Part shown: in pieces, positions 9,693 through 20,556 of the stretch | How positions within the stretch are numbered: the first letter of the stretch is position 1 | Layout: the number at the start of each line of letters is the position of its first letter | Assembly (NCBI GenBank): GCA_964436545.1 | Contig: CAYTCJ010000005.1 | Span: 12,713-76,712 of the forward strand | Direction of reading: 5' to 3' | DNA length: 64,000 nucleotides | DNA from: an uncultured Candidatus Saccharibacteria bacterium | Lineage (GTDB): Bacteria > Patescibacteriota > Doudnabacteria > UBA920 | Made by a program: the position numbers and the translations under genes | Notes under the pieces: model-generated | Seen by the model: the letters and a program-made list of their open reading frames with translations, nothing else | The model's database searches: none | Told to the model about the DNA's origin: nothing

Positions 9693-10703
9693 ATGAAAAA
9701 AGCTTTAATTACTGGGATTACCGGACAAGATGGCAGTTTTCTCGCGGAATTATTACTTCATAAAGGTTACGAAGTCCATGGTGTAATTCGCCGAAGTAGC
9801 GTATTTAATACTGAACGGATAGAGAGTATTTATCAAGACCCGCATGAGCTACACAGGCGGTTGTTTTTGCATTATGGGGATTTGTCGGATGCTTCTAATT
9901 TAAATCAAATTCTGAAAACGGTTAAGCCTAATGAGATATATAATTTGGGCGCACAAAGCCACGTGCGAGTAAGTTTTGAAATTCCTGAATACACTGCCAA
10001 TGTAGACGCTTTGGGGACTTTAAGACTGCTAGATGCCGTAAGAGAAAATGGACTTACCACTAAAATTTATCAGGCAGGGAGCAGTGAAATGTTTGGTAAA
10101 GTTTTAGAAACCCCGCAAAGCGAAACCACGCCGTTTAATCCGGCTTCGCCGTATGGGGCAGCCAAAGTTTTTTCTCATCATTTATGTAAAGTTTACCGCG
10201 AAGGTTACAATATGTTTATTTGCAATGGGATCTTGTTTAACCACGAATCGCCAAGGCGGGGGAAAACTTTTGTCACGCGAAAAATTACCACCGGCATTGC
10301 GAGTATTTTAGCCGAAAAAACTGATAAGATTTATTTAGGTAATTTGGAAGCCAAGCGCGATTGGGGTTATGCTCCGGAATATGTGGAAGCTATGTGGTTA
10401 ATGCTTCAGCAAGACAAGCCTGATGATTTTGTAATTGCCACGGGCGAAACGCATACCATTAAAGAATTTTTAGAGACAGCGTTTGCGTTAGTTGGCATTA
10501 AAGATTGGGAAAAGTATATTGGGATTGACCCCAAGTACTACAGGCCGGTGGAAGTGGATATTTTGCAAGGCGATTACACCAAAGCCAAACAAATTTTAAA
10601 CTGGCAACCCAAAACCACTTTTAAGGAACTAGTAAAAATTATGCTGGAAGCCGACTTAAAAGAAGCCGGAGTTGGTGCGCATATGTTAAATTCTAAAAAT
10701 TAA
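9693..10703 (+). CDS. gmd: GDP-mannose 4,6-dehydratase
   Basis: [40 protein letters not shown]. Confidence 0.95.
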   Translation: MKKALITGITGQDGSFLAELLLHKGYEVHGVIRRSSVFNTERIESIYQDPHELHRRLFLHYGDLSDASNLNQILKTVKPNEIYNLGAQSHVRVSFEIPEYTANVDALGTLRLLDAVRENGLTTKIYQAGSSEMFGKVLETPQSETTPFNPASPYGAAKVFSHHLCKVYREGYNMFICNGILFNHESPRRGKTFVTRKITTGIASILAEKTDKIYLGNLEAKRDWGYAPEYVEAMWLMLQQDKPDDFVIATGETHTIKEFLETAFALVGIKDWEKYIGIDPKYYRPVEVDILQGDYTKAKQILNWQPKTTFKELVKIMLEADLKEAGVGAHMLNSKN

Positions 10704-10808
10704 ACCCTAAATAAGAATTGAATTATAAAAATAAACCATTTGTTTATAAAGTTTAGGGTTTATTTTTGTTTAGTTGTATAGAGTTTAGTCTTTAGAATTT
10801 ATATTACT

Positions 10809-11582
10809 ATGAAACTAATCTCATTAAATACCTGGGGCGCTACACAGGGGCAAATTTTTTTTGATTATGTAAAAGAACAGGCCAAAACTACGGATATTTT
10901 TTGTTTTCAAGAAATTTTTTCTGCTCAGGAGCCGTCACCGAAACTTTCATCTGGCGCTCGTTGTTTTTTATTTCAGGAGCTGGTAACGCTTTTACCCGGT
11001 TTTAAAGGTTATTTTGCCCCCCGTAGTCAAGGTTGTGACTTTACCGGTAAAGTTGATTTTGCTTTAGAGTATGGGCTCGCAGTCTTTGTTAAAGACCACT
11101 TGGAGCAACCCGAGCATTTTATAACTAATTTGCTGGAAGATGATCAAGAACCTACCATAGAAAGAAAAGTTATCGCTCAAATAATTAAGTTTAAAATCCA
11201 CAATAATTCTTTGAGTGTTATTAATTATCACGGGCCGGCTCAGCCGGGCCATAAATTGGATACACCATTAAGACTGGCTTGCTCTAAGTTTTTAAAAGGG
11301 GTATGGGAAAAAGCCAATTCCAATCATAAAATTCTTTGTGGAGATTTTAACTTAATGCCAGCTACTGAAAGTATAAAAATCTTGGAAGGTTGTGGAAAAA
11401 ATTTAATTTCCGTTTTTAATATCCAAAATACTCGGAATGAAATCTCTTGGGCCAAATACCAGAATCGGCAAAGTTTTGCGGATTTTACTTTTGTATCTTC
11501 CTTAGTTAAGGTAAAGGATTTTACCGTGCCATATAATTTAGTTTCCGACCATTTACCCATGGAGTTGGAGTTTGCAATATGA
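10809..11582 (+). CDS. Endonuclease/exonuclease/phosphatase (EEP) family protein
   Basis: SLN, FQE, GDFN and C-terminal SDH motifs. Confidence 0.85.
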   Translation: MKLISLNTWGATQGQIFFDYVKEQAKTTDIFCFQEIFSAQEPSPKLSSGARCFLFQELVTLLPGFKGYFAPRSQGCDFTGKVDFALEYGLAVFVKDHLEQPEHFITNLLEDDQEPTIERKVIAQIIKFKIHNNSLSVINYHGPAQPGHKLDTPLRLACSKFLKGVWEKANSNHKILCGDFNLMPATESIKILEGCGKNLISVFNIQNTRNEISWAKYQNRQSFADFTFVSSLVKVKDFTVPYNLVSDHLPMELEFAI

Positions 11583-12652
11583 TTAACGTACTTTTTTGTG
11601 GCCTGAAAAATGAATATGGTAAATTAGAGGCGGGGTTGTCTTTTGAGTACCAAAATTTTTACTCAGTGCTTAAAAATATGGCCGGAGTAAATTGTGAGTT
11701 ATTTGCCATAGATGAGGTTATGCGAGAAAAGGGGAGAGAAGCCATGAATCATGCTTTAATCCGGCAAGTTGAGGACAAGCAGTATGATTTATTGTTTTGT
11801 TTTTTGTTTACCGAGGAGCTGAAAAAAAGCACGATTCGGTTTATTACCGAAAAAACCAAAACTTTAACTTTTAATTGGTTTGCCGATGATCATTGGCGGT
11901 TTCCCATTTATTCTAAGTATTGGGCGCCGTTTTTTACCAAAGTTTCCACCACCGATTCTTTAGCTGTGGCTAAATATAAAGCCATGGGTGTGGAGGTAAT
12001 TAAAACTCAGTGGGGAGCCAATACCCATTTATATAAACCCTTCAGTAATCAGCAGTCAGTAAATCAGCCAGCAGGCGATAATTACCACATTACTTTTGTG
12101 GGAAAAAATTATGGCAATCGTTCACAATATATTAACAGTTTAAAATTAGCGAATTTGCCAGCCGAAGGTTACGGGGGAGGGTGGCCTTCGGGCAGGGTGA
12201 ATTTTGAACAAATGCTGGAGATTTTTTCCCATTCCAAAATCAATTTAAATTTTACCGAAAGCTCGTTAGAATGGAAAAAAGAATTGGTAAAGTTGTTGGT
12301 TAAGAAAGAACTGGGTCGCTATAAATTCAGCGGGCATAATATTATTCAAAATTTACAAGCTTTAACCGGAAAATTAAGAAGGCAAATTAAGGGGCGAACT
12401 TTTGAGGTGCCCGCTTGTGGCGGGTTTTTATTAACCGGTCATGCGGACAATTTGTCAGAGTATTATGTAGCGGGTAAGGAAATTGTCAGTTTTACCAATA
12501 CCAGTGATTTAATTGAGAAGTGCCAATATTATTTAGCCCATGAAGCAGAACGTCAGAAAATTGCTCAAGCCGGTTATGAGCGGACTGTAAAAGAGCATAG
12601 TTATGAACACAGATTCAAACAAATTTTTTCGGCTTTGGGACTAAAAATCTAA
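11579..12652 (+). CDS. CgeB-like GT-B glycosyltransferase
   Basis: WFADD, ITFVG, KINLN, RTFEVPACGGFLLT, GYER...HSYEHR. Confidence 0.85.
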   Translation: MINVLFCGLKNEYGKLEAGLSFEYQNFYSVLKNMAGVNCELFAIDEVMREKGREAMNHALIRQVEDKQYDLLFCFLFTEELKKSTIRFITEKTKTLTFNWFADDHWRFPIYSKYWAPFFTKVSTTDSLAVAKYKAMGVEVIKTQWGANTHLYKPFSNQQSVNQPAGDNYHITFVGKNYGNRSQYINSLKLANLPAEGYGGGWPSGRVNFEQMLEIFSHSKINLNFTESSLEWKKELVKLLVKKELGRYKFSGHNIIQNLQALTGKLRRQIKGRTFEVPACGGFLLTGHADNLSEYYVAGKEIVSFTNTSDLIEKCQYYLAHEAERQKIAQAGYERTVKEHSYEHRFKQIFSALGLKI

Positions 12653-12718
12653 TTTGGAATTTTGCGTCGATAATGTTATAATCAAGTGATAAAAATTATT
12701 TAACCATTAAAATTTTCT

Positions 12719-13690
12719 ATGAAAAAAGCCATTATAAGTGGAATTACCGGACAGGACGGGTCGTATTTGGCGGAACTACTTCTCTCTAAGGGGTACGAAG
12801 TGCATGGGATTATGCGCCGACTATCTTCGTTTGCCTCTACTCGGATTGACCATTTAATTAATCATAATTCTAATTTGCATACTTACCACGGAGATTTAAC
12901 CGATAACGCCTCCATTGCCGGTTTGATTGCCGATGTCAAGCCCGATGAATTTTATAATTTGGGCGCCATGTCGCATGTTAAAGTGTCTTTTGAGATTCCT
13001 CAATATACTTTGGAAACCAATGCAGTGGGAGTTTTAAATGTTTTGGAAGCGATTAGAAAGTTTTCGCCACACACTAAATTTTATCAAGCTTCCAGCTCGG
13101 AAATGTTTGGCGTGCCGGGCGTGCCGGCGCCTTTTAATGAAACCACACCCATGATGCCTCAAAGTCCCTATGGGGTGGCAAAATTAGCCGCCTATCATTT
13201 AACAAGGCAATACCGAGATGGGTATGGTCTTTTTGCGACTACCGGGATTTTGTTTAATCACGAAAGTCCCAGACGGGGAGGCACTTTTGTAACTAAAAAA
13301 GTTTCAAAAGCAGTGGCCAGAATTAAACAAGGATTACAAAAAGAATTGGTGTTGGGTAATTTAGATGCCAAACGCGATTGGGGTTGGTCTCCGGAATTTG
13401 TGGAGGCGATTTATTTAATTATGCAACATTCTAAGCCCGATGTCTTTGTTGTCGCCACCGGAGAAACGCACACGATTAAAGAGTTTGTGGAAGAAGCGTT
13501 TAAGTATGTAGGCCTTAATTGGCAAGATTATATTAAGATCGATGAAAAATATAAAAGGCCCAACGAAGTGCCTTTGCTACTCGGCGATGCTACTAAAACC
13601 AAGCAAGTTTTAGGTTGGGAACCCAAAATGAAATTTAATGAGATTGTCCACGCCATGGTGGATTATGATTTACAACACTTAAATGATTAG
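12719..13690 (+). CDS. gmd: GDP-mannose 4,6-dehydratase, second paralogue
   Basis: [32 protein letters not shown]. Confidence 0.95.
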   Translation: MKKAIISGITGQDGSYLAELLLSKGYEVHGIMRRLSSFASTRIDHLINHNSNLHTYHGDLTDNASIAGLIADVKPDEFYNLGAMSHVKVSFEIPQYTLETNAVGVLNVLEAIRKFSPHTKFYQASSSEMFGVPGVPAPFNETTPMMPQSPYGVAKLAAYHLTRQYRDGYGLFATTGILFNHESPRRGGTFVTKKVSKAVARIKQGLQKELVLGNLDAKRDWGWSPEFVEAIYLIMQHSKPDVFVVATGETHTIKEFVEEAFKYVGLNWQDYIKIDEKYKRPNEVPLLLGDATKTKQVLGWEPKMKFNEIVHAMVDYDLQHLND

Positions 13691-14072
13691 TCAAGTTAAA
13701 TTTGGTAAACAGGTTTTGGCGCGGGTGTATGATTTTGCCGATTTGTCGTTTGGAACTTTTCCTGTTACGTCTCCTCAGGAGTCTTTGCAGGTGTTACTCA
13801 TGAAAAGGCAAAAAGGGCATGTAGTAACTAAACACATGCACAAAAAAATTAAGAAGTTTACTGAGCAACCCGCAGAGGCTTTAGTGGTAATTAAAGGTTT
13901 ATTAACCGCTAAACTTTTTAATCGACAAGGAAAATTTGTAAAACAGGTTAAAGTTAAGCCCGGGCAATGTTTGTTAATTATCGACGGAGCCCATGAGGTG
14001 ACTATTTCCCAAACAGCATGCGTGTTTGCCTTTAAGGATGGCCCTTTTGTGGAAGATAAAATTATTTTTTAA
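13683..14072 (+). CDS. WbuC-like cupin protein
   Basis: HxH...E.L.V..G...GAH cupin motif and KDGPF tail. Confidence 0.65.
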   Translation: MISQVKFGKQVLARVYDFADLSFGTFPVTSPQESLQVLLMKRQKGHVVTKHMHKKIKKFTEQPAEALVVIKGLLTAKLFNRQGKFVKQVKVKPGQCLLIIDGAHEVTISQTACVFAFKDGPFVEDKIIF

Positions 14073-14079
14073 TAATTCT

Positions 14080-15291
14080 ATGGTAGTGAATGCTTGTCAT
14101 TTATGCGGTTCGTCACAGCTAAAGGAAGTCCTAGATTTAGGCTTTCATCCTTTGGCGGATTTTTTTATGAAGCCTGAGCAATTGGTGGCCATGGAACGCC
14201 GTTATCCTTTGTCGGTTTTATTATGCGAGGTATGCGGACATGGGATGAATAGTTTTATTGTGCCGGCTAAAGAGCGGTATCAGGAAAACGATTATTCTTA
14301 CGATTCGGGGAATTCCAAAGTTTCCATCCAGCATTTTAATGACATGGCAAAAGAGGTATGGGCCAGAGCGGGTTTAAAACCAGGGGGTTTAGTGGTTGAT
14401 ATTGGCAGTAATATTGGTACGTTGTTAAGTGCTTTTAAAAATTTGGGAGCTGAGGTGCAAGGAGTTGATCCGGCGCATAATATTGCGGTGTTAGCTGAGC
14501 AAAAAGGGATTCCGACGATTAATGATTTTTTTAATAAAGTCTCAGTTGATAAAATTTTAAAAAAAGGACAGGCAAAAGTTATTACAATAACTAACGCTTT
14601 TAACCATATTTCGCCTTTACACGAATTTATGAGCAATGTCGTGGCGCTCTTAGATAAAGAGGGTACTTTTGTGATTGAATTGCCGTATTTCTTGGAGATT
14701 ATTCGTAAAAAGCATTTTGATGTAATTTATTTGGAGCATGTGTCTTATGTTGCCATTAAACCCTTAGTCTCATTCTTTAAAAAGTACGGGCTACAGATTA
14801 CTCATGTTGAAGAAAATAATTACATGAGCGGATCCATAAGAATTTTTGTGGGCTTTGGTCAGGAAAGCGATTTGGTCAAAAAACAAATTATTTTGGAAGA
14901 AGCATTGGGACTATATGATTTTTCAGTTTGGAAAAAATTTGCCGAGGAGGTAAGAAATTGCAAAATTAATTTGTTGAACGAACTGGTGAAAGCTCGTCAG
15001 GCAAAGGGTAAAATTGTGGCAATTGGCGCCGCAGCTAAAGGGAATACCCTGTTAAATTATTGTGGGATAGATAGGACTTTAATAGATTTTGCCACCGACG
15101 CTTCACCGTTAAAAATTGGTAAATTTACGCCTGGGTCGCATTTGCCCATTTTGGCCGACGAAGCCATAGACGAGAGTGTAACTCACGCCCTCATTCTGGC
15201 TTGGAATATTGCTGAATTGTTAAAAAGTAAAATTTCTCCCAAACATCCCAATTTAAAATTTATTACCCCGCATGTGGTGGAATCCCGTTAG
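14080..15291 (+). CDS. NDP-hexose C-methyltransferase-like SAM enzyme
   Basis: CxxC..LGFHPLAD..CxxC, DIGSNIG, YLEH, GAAAKGNTLLNY, LAWN; likely start ATG 14080. Confidence 0.85.
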   Translation: MVVNACHLCGSSQLKEVLDLGFHPLADFFMKPEQLVAMERRYPLSVLLCEVCGHGMNSFIVPAKERYQENDYSYDSGNSKVSIQHFNDMAKEVWARAGLKPGGLVVDIGSNIGTLLSAFKNLGAEVQGVDPAHNIAVLAEQKGIPTINDFFNKVSVDKILKKGQAKVITITNAFNHISPLHEFMSNVVALLDKEGTFVIELPYFLEIIRKKHFDVIYLEHVSYVAIKPLVSFFKKYGLQITHVEENNYMSGSIRIFVGFGQESDLVKKQIILEEALGLYDFSVWKKFAEEVRNCKINLLNELVKARQAKGKIVAIGAAAKGNTLLNYCGIDRTLIDFATDASPLKIGKFTPGSHLPILADEAIDESVTHALILAWNIAELLKSKISPKHPNLKFITPHVVESR

Positions 15292-15398
15292 AAGCCGAGA
15301 TCGTGGATTTATTTATGAAACTTATTAATTTATTAAAATTTTATAATCATTAATTTTAAAGCAATCGTGATTTCGATCGCGATCTGCTTCTAACAGGA
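15283..15398. mobile_element. MITE-like element with 13-bp terminal inverted repeats
   Basis: TCCCGTTAGAAGC...GCTTCTAACAGGA (1 mismatch); flanks GGAA/TGAA; contains the upstream TAG and the A of the downstream ATG. Confidence 0.6.
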
Positions 15399-15847
15399 TG
15401 AAAAGAACCAAGCGTAAAATTAATTTTAAAGATCGCCGTGGGACCATAACGGATATTTTTGTGAATGAACCTTATGAGCATTGTGTGATTATTTTTTCTA
15501 ATAAAGGGGCGGTAAGAGGCAGTCATTATCATAAAAAATCAGTGCAGGCCGATTTTATGCTGTTTGGAAAAATGATGGCTTATTCCAGAAAAGCCGGCAG
15601 TAAAAAAATTATTAAGACTTTACTTACCCCGAACGATGTGACACATTGGGAAAAAGGAGAAGCACACCAGTTTATTGCTTTAGAGAAGTGTGCATTTTTA
15701 AGTTTTGTGAATGGTCCTAGGGGGGGAGATAAGTACGAAACCGACACTTACCGGTTAAAAATTCCGCTTCACGAACAGTTAAAACAAGGTATTACAGATT
15801 GGACTTTGTTGGCAGAGGGAAAATTTCACCAAACCGTAATTAAATAA
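15398..15847 (+). CDS. Cupin-fold NDP-sugar epimerase/isomerase-like protein
   Basis: DRRG, RGSHYH, EAHQF motifs. Confidence 0.7.
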   Translation: MKRTKRKINFKDRRGTITDIFVNEPYEHCVIIFSNKGAVRGSHYHKKSVQADFMLFGKMMAYSRKAGSKKIIKTLLTPNDVTHWEKGEAHQFIALEKCAFLSFVNGPRGGDKYETDTYRLKIPLHEQLKQGITDWTLLAEGKFHQTVIK

Positions 15848-15856
15848 AGTTGTTGT

Positions 15857-16546
15857 ATGAAAATTGCTATAATTGGGGCTAAAGGTTATGTGGGAACCGC
15901 TTTATGCAAAGCTGTTAATGCTTTAAAAACGCATCAAGTTTTGGAAATAACTCGGGATAATTATTTAGCTCACCAAAATGAAGATTACGATATAGTAATA
16001 AATTCAGCTATGCCCTCGGGTAGGTTTTGGGCAAAAAATCACCCCCAAAAAGATTTTGTGGAAACCGTACAAAAAACCGCGGATTTGGTGTATGGTTGGA
16101 AGTATAAAAAATTTATTCAGATTAGCACGGTTTCGGCTCGTTGCCAATTAGATACAGTGTATGGTCGGCACAAGCTGTCTGCGGAAAAACTTTGCGAGTT
16201 TGGAGAAAATTTAATTGTTCGGTTGGGTGCCTTATATAGTAGCAATATGCAAAAAGGGGCCCTGGCCGATATGTTAGCCGGCAAAACTATTTATATGTCA
16301 GGGGAGAGTCGTTATTCTTTTATTGCTATAGAAGTTTGTTGTCAATGGATTGCTACTCATTTGGACAGAACCGGCATAGTAGAGTTAGGCGGAAAGCACG
16401 CTATAACCTTAAAGGCTGTGGCGGATTATTTAGGCAAGCCGGTAAAGTTTGAAGGTCCCGTGAGTCATTTTGATATTGAAACCACCGAAGCAGACTTGCC
16501 AGAAGCCAAAACAGTATTAAATTTTTTAAAAGCTAATTATGTTTAA
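15857..16546 (+). CDS. Short NAD(P)-dependent epimerase/reductase
   Basis: GAKGYVG, IST, YGRHK. Confidence 0.75.
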   Translation: MKIAIIGAKGYVGTALCKAVNALKTHQVLEITRDNYLAHQNEDYDIVINSAMPSGRFWAKNHPQKDFVETVQKTADLVYGWKYKKFIQISTVSARCQLDTVYGRHKLSAEKLCEFGENLIVRLGALYSSNMQKGALADMLAGKTIYMSGESRYSFIAIEVCCQWIATHLDRTGIVELGGKHAITLKAVADYLGKPVKFEGPVSHFDIETTEADLPEAKTVLNFLKANYV

Positions 16547-17483
16547 TTTGAAAACAGCCAAAATTTTATTAACTGGCGGACACGGGTTTTTAGGTGAGAA
16601 GGTTTACCAAGAGTTATTGTCTCATGGGGCTAAAGCAAAAAATATTATTCGTCCCAGATCAAAAGAACTAGATTTACGAGTGGTTGCCAATTGTCAAAAA
16701 GCGGTTAAAGGTAAAGATTTAGTTATTCATTTAGCAGCTAATGTCGGGGGAATTGGGTATAATCAAGCCCATCCGGGCAAATTATTTTACGATAATGCCA
16801 TAATGGGCATTCAGTTAATTGAAGAAGCTCGGAAAGCAAAAGTTAAAAAATTTGTGCAAGTGGGTACGGTTTGCGCCTATCCTAAATTTCCTCCGCATAT
16901 TCCGTTTAAAGAAGCCGATTTATGGGCAGGCTATCCGGAAGAAACCAATGCGCCTTATGGGCTCGCAAAAAAAATGTTATTAGCTCAACTCCAAGCTTAT
17001 AGACAAGAGTATAACTTTAATGGAATTTATTTGTTGCCGGTTAATTTATACGGACCGGGCGATAATTTTAATCCCCAGTCTTCTCATGTTATTCCGGCTT
17101 TAATCAAAAAATTTGTTGATGCGGTAAAATTAGGAAAATCCACAGTAGAGGTATGGGGAACTGGTAAGCCGACTCGAGAATTTTTATACGTTGATGATGC
17201 AGCTCAAGGAATAGTTTTAGCGACTTTAAAATATAATAAACCAGAACCGGTAAATTTGGGTACAAATTTTGAAATCAGCATTAAAGACTTGGTTGGAATG
17301 ATTGCAAAATTAACAGGTTTTCAAGGCAAAATAGTTTGGGATAAAACTAAACCTAACGGCCAGCCTCGAAGAAAATTAGATGTAAGCAGAGCTAAGAAAG
17401 AGTTTGGTTTTGTGGCTCAAGTAGGTTTTCAGCAAGGACTTAAGCAAACCATTGAATGGTATAAGCAAATGAACAAAAGTTAA
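16539..17483 (+). CDS. fcl: GDP-L-fucose synthase
   Basis: [40 protein letters not shown]. Confidence 0.9.
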   Translation: MFNLKTAKILLTGGHGFLGEKVYQELLSHGAKAKNIIRPRSKELDLRVVANCQKAVKGKDLVIHLAANVGGIGYNQAHPGKLFYDNAIMGIQLIEEARKAKVKKFVQVGTVCAYPKFPPHIPFKEADLWAGYPEETNAPYGLAKKMLLAQLQAYRQEYNFNGIYLLPVNLYGPGDNFNPQSSHVIPALIKKFVDAVKLGKSTVEVWGTGKPTREFLYVDDAAQGIVLATLKYNKPEPVNLGTNFEISIKDLVGMIAKLTGFQGKIVWDKTKPNGQPRRKLDVSRAKKEFGFVAQVGFQQGLKQTIEWYKQMNKS

Positions 17484-17566
17484 AGTAATGACAAAATTGA
17501 AAAAAATGAACTGGAAAATTAATTTTTGTTCATTTCCGTCGCTTTTGTCATTTATGTCAATTTTTT

Positions 17567-18361
17567 ATGGTGAGTATTATTACCTCTTTATATAGAACAG
17601 ATAAATATTTACAGCAGTTTGAACAACGCTTAAAGGTTTTTGCGCATGCTATGCAATCCCACCACATTGATTTTGAGTTTATTGCGATTGCCAATGATGC
17701 GACGGAAAAAGAACAAGCTTTTGGTAAAAGGCTGGCGAGTGAGCCTTGGTTTAAGTTTGAAAATGTTGGTCGGGAATCCGTTTTCGCCACATTTAACCGT
17801 GCGTTTGCAATGGCCAAAGGGGATATTTTAGGTTGGTGGAACGATGATGATGTAAGGTATCCCGAGGCAATAGTGGAAGCTGTAGAGCATTTTAAGCAGG
17901 GAGCGGATTTAGTGTATTTTCCTTTTATAATTAAAAGGTATGTTTTTGGTTTGCCAATTTGGAGTCAAAAGATCGACAAGCAAATACCGGAATTTAATAA
18001 GGAAACTCAAACACAGTTTAAAACCGGAATGTTATGCGGGCCGTTTTTTTTGTTTACTAAGGCCTTTTATAAAAAGGTGGGTCCGTTTGACGAGCAATTT
18101 AAAATTTCCGGAGATTTGGATTTTTGCATTCGATCAGCTCAGGCTGGGGGCAAGTTTATTAAAGCCAAAAATTTGGGGGGTGAGTTTCGGGTAGATGGTA
18201 CGGGTTTGTCTGCGGGTGCCAATCCCAGACGCACAGCGGAGAATAATGTAATTTATACTCGGCATCATGTATGGAAAAAGCTTGAACTTGCGGAAGATTT
18301 AATTATTATGCATTACCGAGTACATCATTTATTACACCAAGGTAAATATACGAAAATATAA
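17567..18361 (+). CDS. GT2 family glycosyltransferase
   Basis: VSIITS, WNDDD, GPFDEQFKISGDLDF. Confidence 0.8.
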   Translation: MVSIITSLYRTDKYLQQFEQRLKVFAHAMQSHHIDFEFIAIANDATEKEQAFGKRLASEPWFKFENVGRESVFATFNRAFAMAKGDILGWWNDDDVRYPEAIVEAVEHFKQGADLVYFPFIIKRYVFGLPIWSQKIDKQIPEFNKETQTQFKTGMLCGPFFLFTKAFYKKVGPFDEQFKISGDLDFCIRSAQAGGKFIKAKNLGGEFRVDGTGLSAGANPRRTAENNVIYTRHHVWKKLELAEDLIIMHYRVHHLLHQGKYTKI

Positions 18362-18363
18362 TT

Positions 18364-19923
18364 ATGGAAAATAATTCATTATCTTACAAAACTTTTAAAA
18401 ATGTGAGTTATAGTTTTATAGGTTTTGCTGTGCCGATAATTTTTTCCGTGTTCATTACTCCGGTGATTGTGCACAAATTGGGGGTGGCGGAATACGGGGT
18501 GCTGATTTTAACCAACACCATTATGGGATTTTTGGGCTTATTGGATTTAGGTTTAACCTCCGGCGTGATAAAAAAAATTTGTGAGTATCAAGTCTTAAAG
18601 AAAATGGAAAATTTGCAACTCATGCTGAGTACTGCCAATAGTTTATTTTGGCTGATTGGCATAATTAATTTTACCGTATTTTTTATACTAGGTAAGTTTT
18701 TTTTAAGCCGGTTTAATATTATTGCCAACGAAAATTTATTTTTAGTTTTTATTCTGGTAGGTTTGACTTCCTTTTTAACCGCCATAAATTCCATTTATAC
18801 CAGCATTCCACAAGCTTTGCAAAGGTTTGATATTGTCAATAAAATCAATTTAATTCAATTGTTAGTTTATAATCTTGGCGCCTTAATTTTAGCTTTACTC
18901 GGGTTTCAGTTAAAAGCCATTTTAGGCTTAAATTTAATTACCATAATTGGGTTGAGCTTGGCTTACCGGTTTTTTAGCTATAAAATTTTACCGGAGGTAA
19001 AGCTAAAATTAGCTTGGAGTTTTTTAGAATTAAAGGAGCTTTATGGATTTGGTCTGTTTACCGCCATTGCAAATATTGGTATGGGCGCGGTTAATCAATT
19101 TGACCGATTATTAATTCCAATTTTTTTAGGACCCACTCAACTTACTTATTACAGCTTACCCGGTAACGTAGCCCAAAAAACCACCACAGTGGTAGGGAGT
19201 TTAGGCGGAACTTTTTTTCCTTTAGCCAATGAGTTAGCCACTAAAGGGGAGGTGGTTAGGTTAGGAATAATTTTTCGAAGAGTTATTGGGAATCTAGCTG
19301 TATTGGCAATGGCCACAACAGTGAGTATTATTTTGTTTGGTAAAAAGATTTTGTGGTTTTGGCTGGGTAAAGATTTTGCCTTATTGGGTACCAATATTTT
19401 ATATCTTTTAGCCATTACTTATTTTTTACTTTCTTTGTTTGGCGTAATATACAATTTTTTAATTGGCCTTAGCAGGCAAAAAGCCGTAGCCAAATGGTCG
19501 CTGTTAATGGCTGGTATTAATTTACTGTTTTTGTTAATATTATTAAAGCCTTTGGGGATTTTGGGTGCAGCCATTGCTTATTTGGCTTCCGCTTTACCCA
19601 TTGTTATTCTGTTTTATTGGTTGGAAAAAACGGTTTTTTTGGCCAAAAATATTGGGAGTTTTTATGGGCGGTTATTGCTAAGATTGGGTTTTACCAGCAT
19701 AGTTTATGGATTGATAGTAGGGTCAACTTTATGGCAATGGACTAATAGTTTTACAGAGTTGGTAATTTTTGGCCCTCTGGCAGTTGGAAGTTTTATAGTT
19801 ATCTATTGGGCGTTAGGGTATATGGATACGGAAGATGAAAAATTGTTTAGAAGTTTTAGTTTGAAAATTTTACAAAAATTTAAATTAGCCAAAATCAGTA
19901 CCAATGAAGATTTTAGAAATTAA
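18364..19923 (+). CDS. wzx: Wzx-type oligosaccharide flippase
   Basis: About 14 TM helices; LGVAEYG, DLGL, DRLLI motifs. Confidence 0.85.
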   Translation: MENNSLSYKTFKNVSYSFIGFAVPIIFSVFITPVIVHKLGVAEYGVLILTNTIMGFLGLLDLGLTSGVIKKICEYQVLKKMENLQLMLSTANSLFWLIGIINFTVFFILGKFFLSRFNIIANENLFLVFILVGLTSFLTAINSIYTSIPQALQRFDIVNKINLIQLLVYNLGALILALLGFQLKAILGLNLITIIGLSLAYRFFSYKILPEVKLKLAWSFLELKELYGFGLFTAIANIGMGAVNQFDRLLIPIFLGPTQLTYYSLPGNVAQKTTTVVGSLGGTFFPLANELATKGEVVRLGIIFRRVIGNLAVLAMATTVSIILFGKKILWFWLGKDFALLGTNILYLLAITYFLLSLFGVIYNFLIGLSRQKAVAKWSLLMAGINLLFLLILLKPLGILGAAIAYLASALPIVILFYWLEKTVFLAKNIGSFYGRLLLRLGFTSIVYGLIVGSTLWQWTNSFTELVIFGPLAVGSFIVIYWALGYMDTEDEKLFRSFSLKILQKFKLAKISTNEDFRN

Positions 19924-20530
19924 AAATTTAGCCCTTCCGGGCGTTAAAGTCATAAAATTTGCCAGATTTGCGGATGATCGTGGGTATTTTACGGAAACTT
20001 TCAGGCAAAGTGATGTCGTAAATAATTCGCAATGGGATTTTTTACAAGCATACAACTTCGTGCAAACCAACGAAAGTTTTTCTAAAAAAAATGTAGTGAA
20101 AGGGTTGCACTTTCAATGGGAGCCTCCACTTGGCAAGTTGCTGAGAACTATAAACGGTCATATGGTGGATATGATCTTAGATATCCGGAAGCAATCTTCC
20201 ACTTTTGGTAAAATAATTTTGTACGACTTGCCCTCCAGTAAGACCCAAGATTATGGTGAATGGATTTGGTTGCCTCCCGGTGTGGCGCATGGTAGCTTCT
20301 TTTTAGAAGATAGTTTTAATGAATATTTTTTTACTGCCGATTATAACCCAAAAGGGGAAGCGGGGATATCGCCTTTAACTGAAGATTTAGATTGGTCTTT
20401 AGCCGACGTTAAGTTAAAAGAACAGTTTGAGCAATTGAAACAAGGTTCAATATTAATTAGTGGTAAAGATAGAGCCGGAATGTCTTTGACTGATTGGCAA
20501 AAAGACGAAAGAGCAGAAAATTTCCAATAA
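19904..20530 (+). CDS. rmlC: dTDP-4-dehydrorhamnose 3,5-epimerase
   Basis: DDRGYFTE, QTNES, KGLHFQ, DIRK.S.TFG, GVAHG. Confidence 0.85.
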   Translation: MKILEIKNLALPGVKVIKFARFADDRGYFTETFRQSDVVNNSQWDFLQAYNFVQTNESFSKKNVVKGLHFQWEPPLGKLLRTINGHMVDMILDIRKQSSTFGKIILYDLPSSKTQDYGEWIWLPPGVAHGSFFLEDSFNEYFFTADYNPKGEAGISPLTEDLDWSLADVKLKEQFEQLKQGSILISGKDRAGMSLTDWQKDERAENFQ

Positions 20531-20556
20531 TTATTAAAGCGGTAAATTTTAACGGG

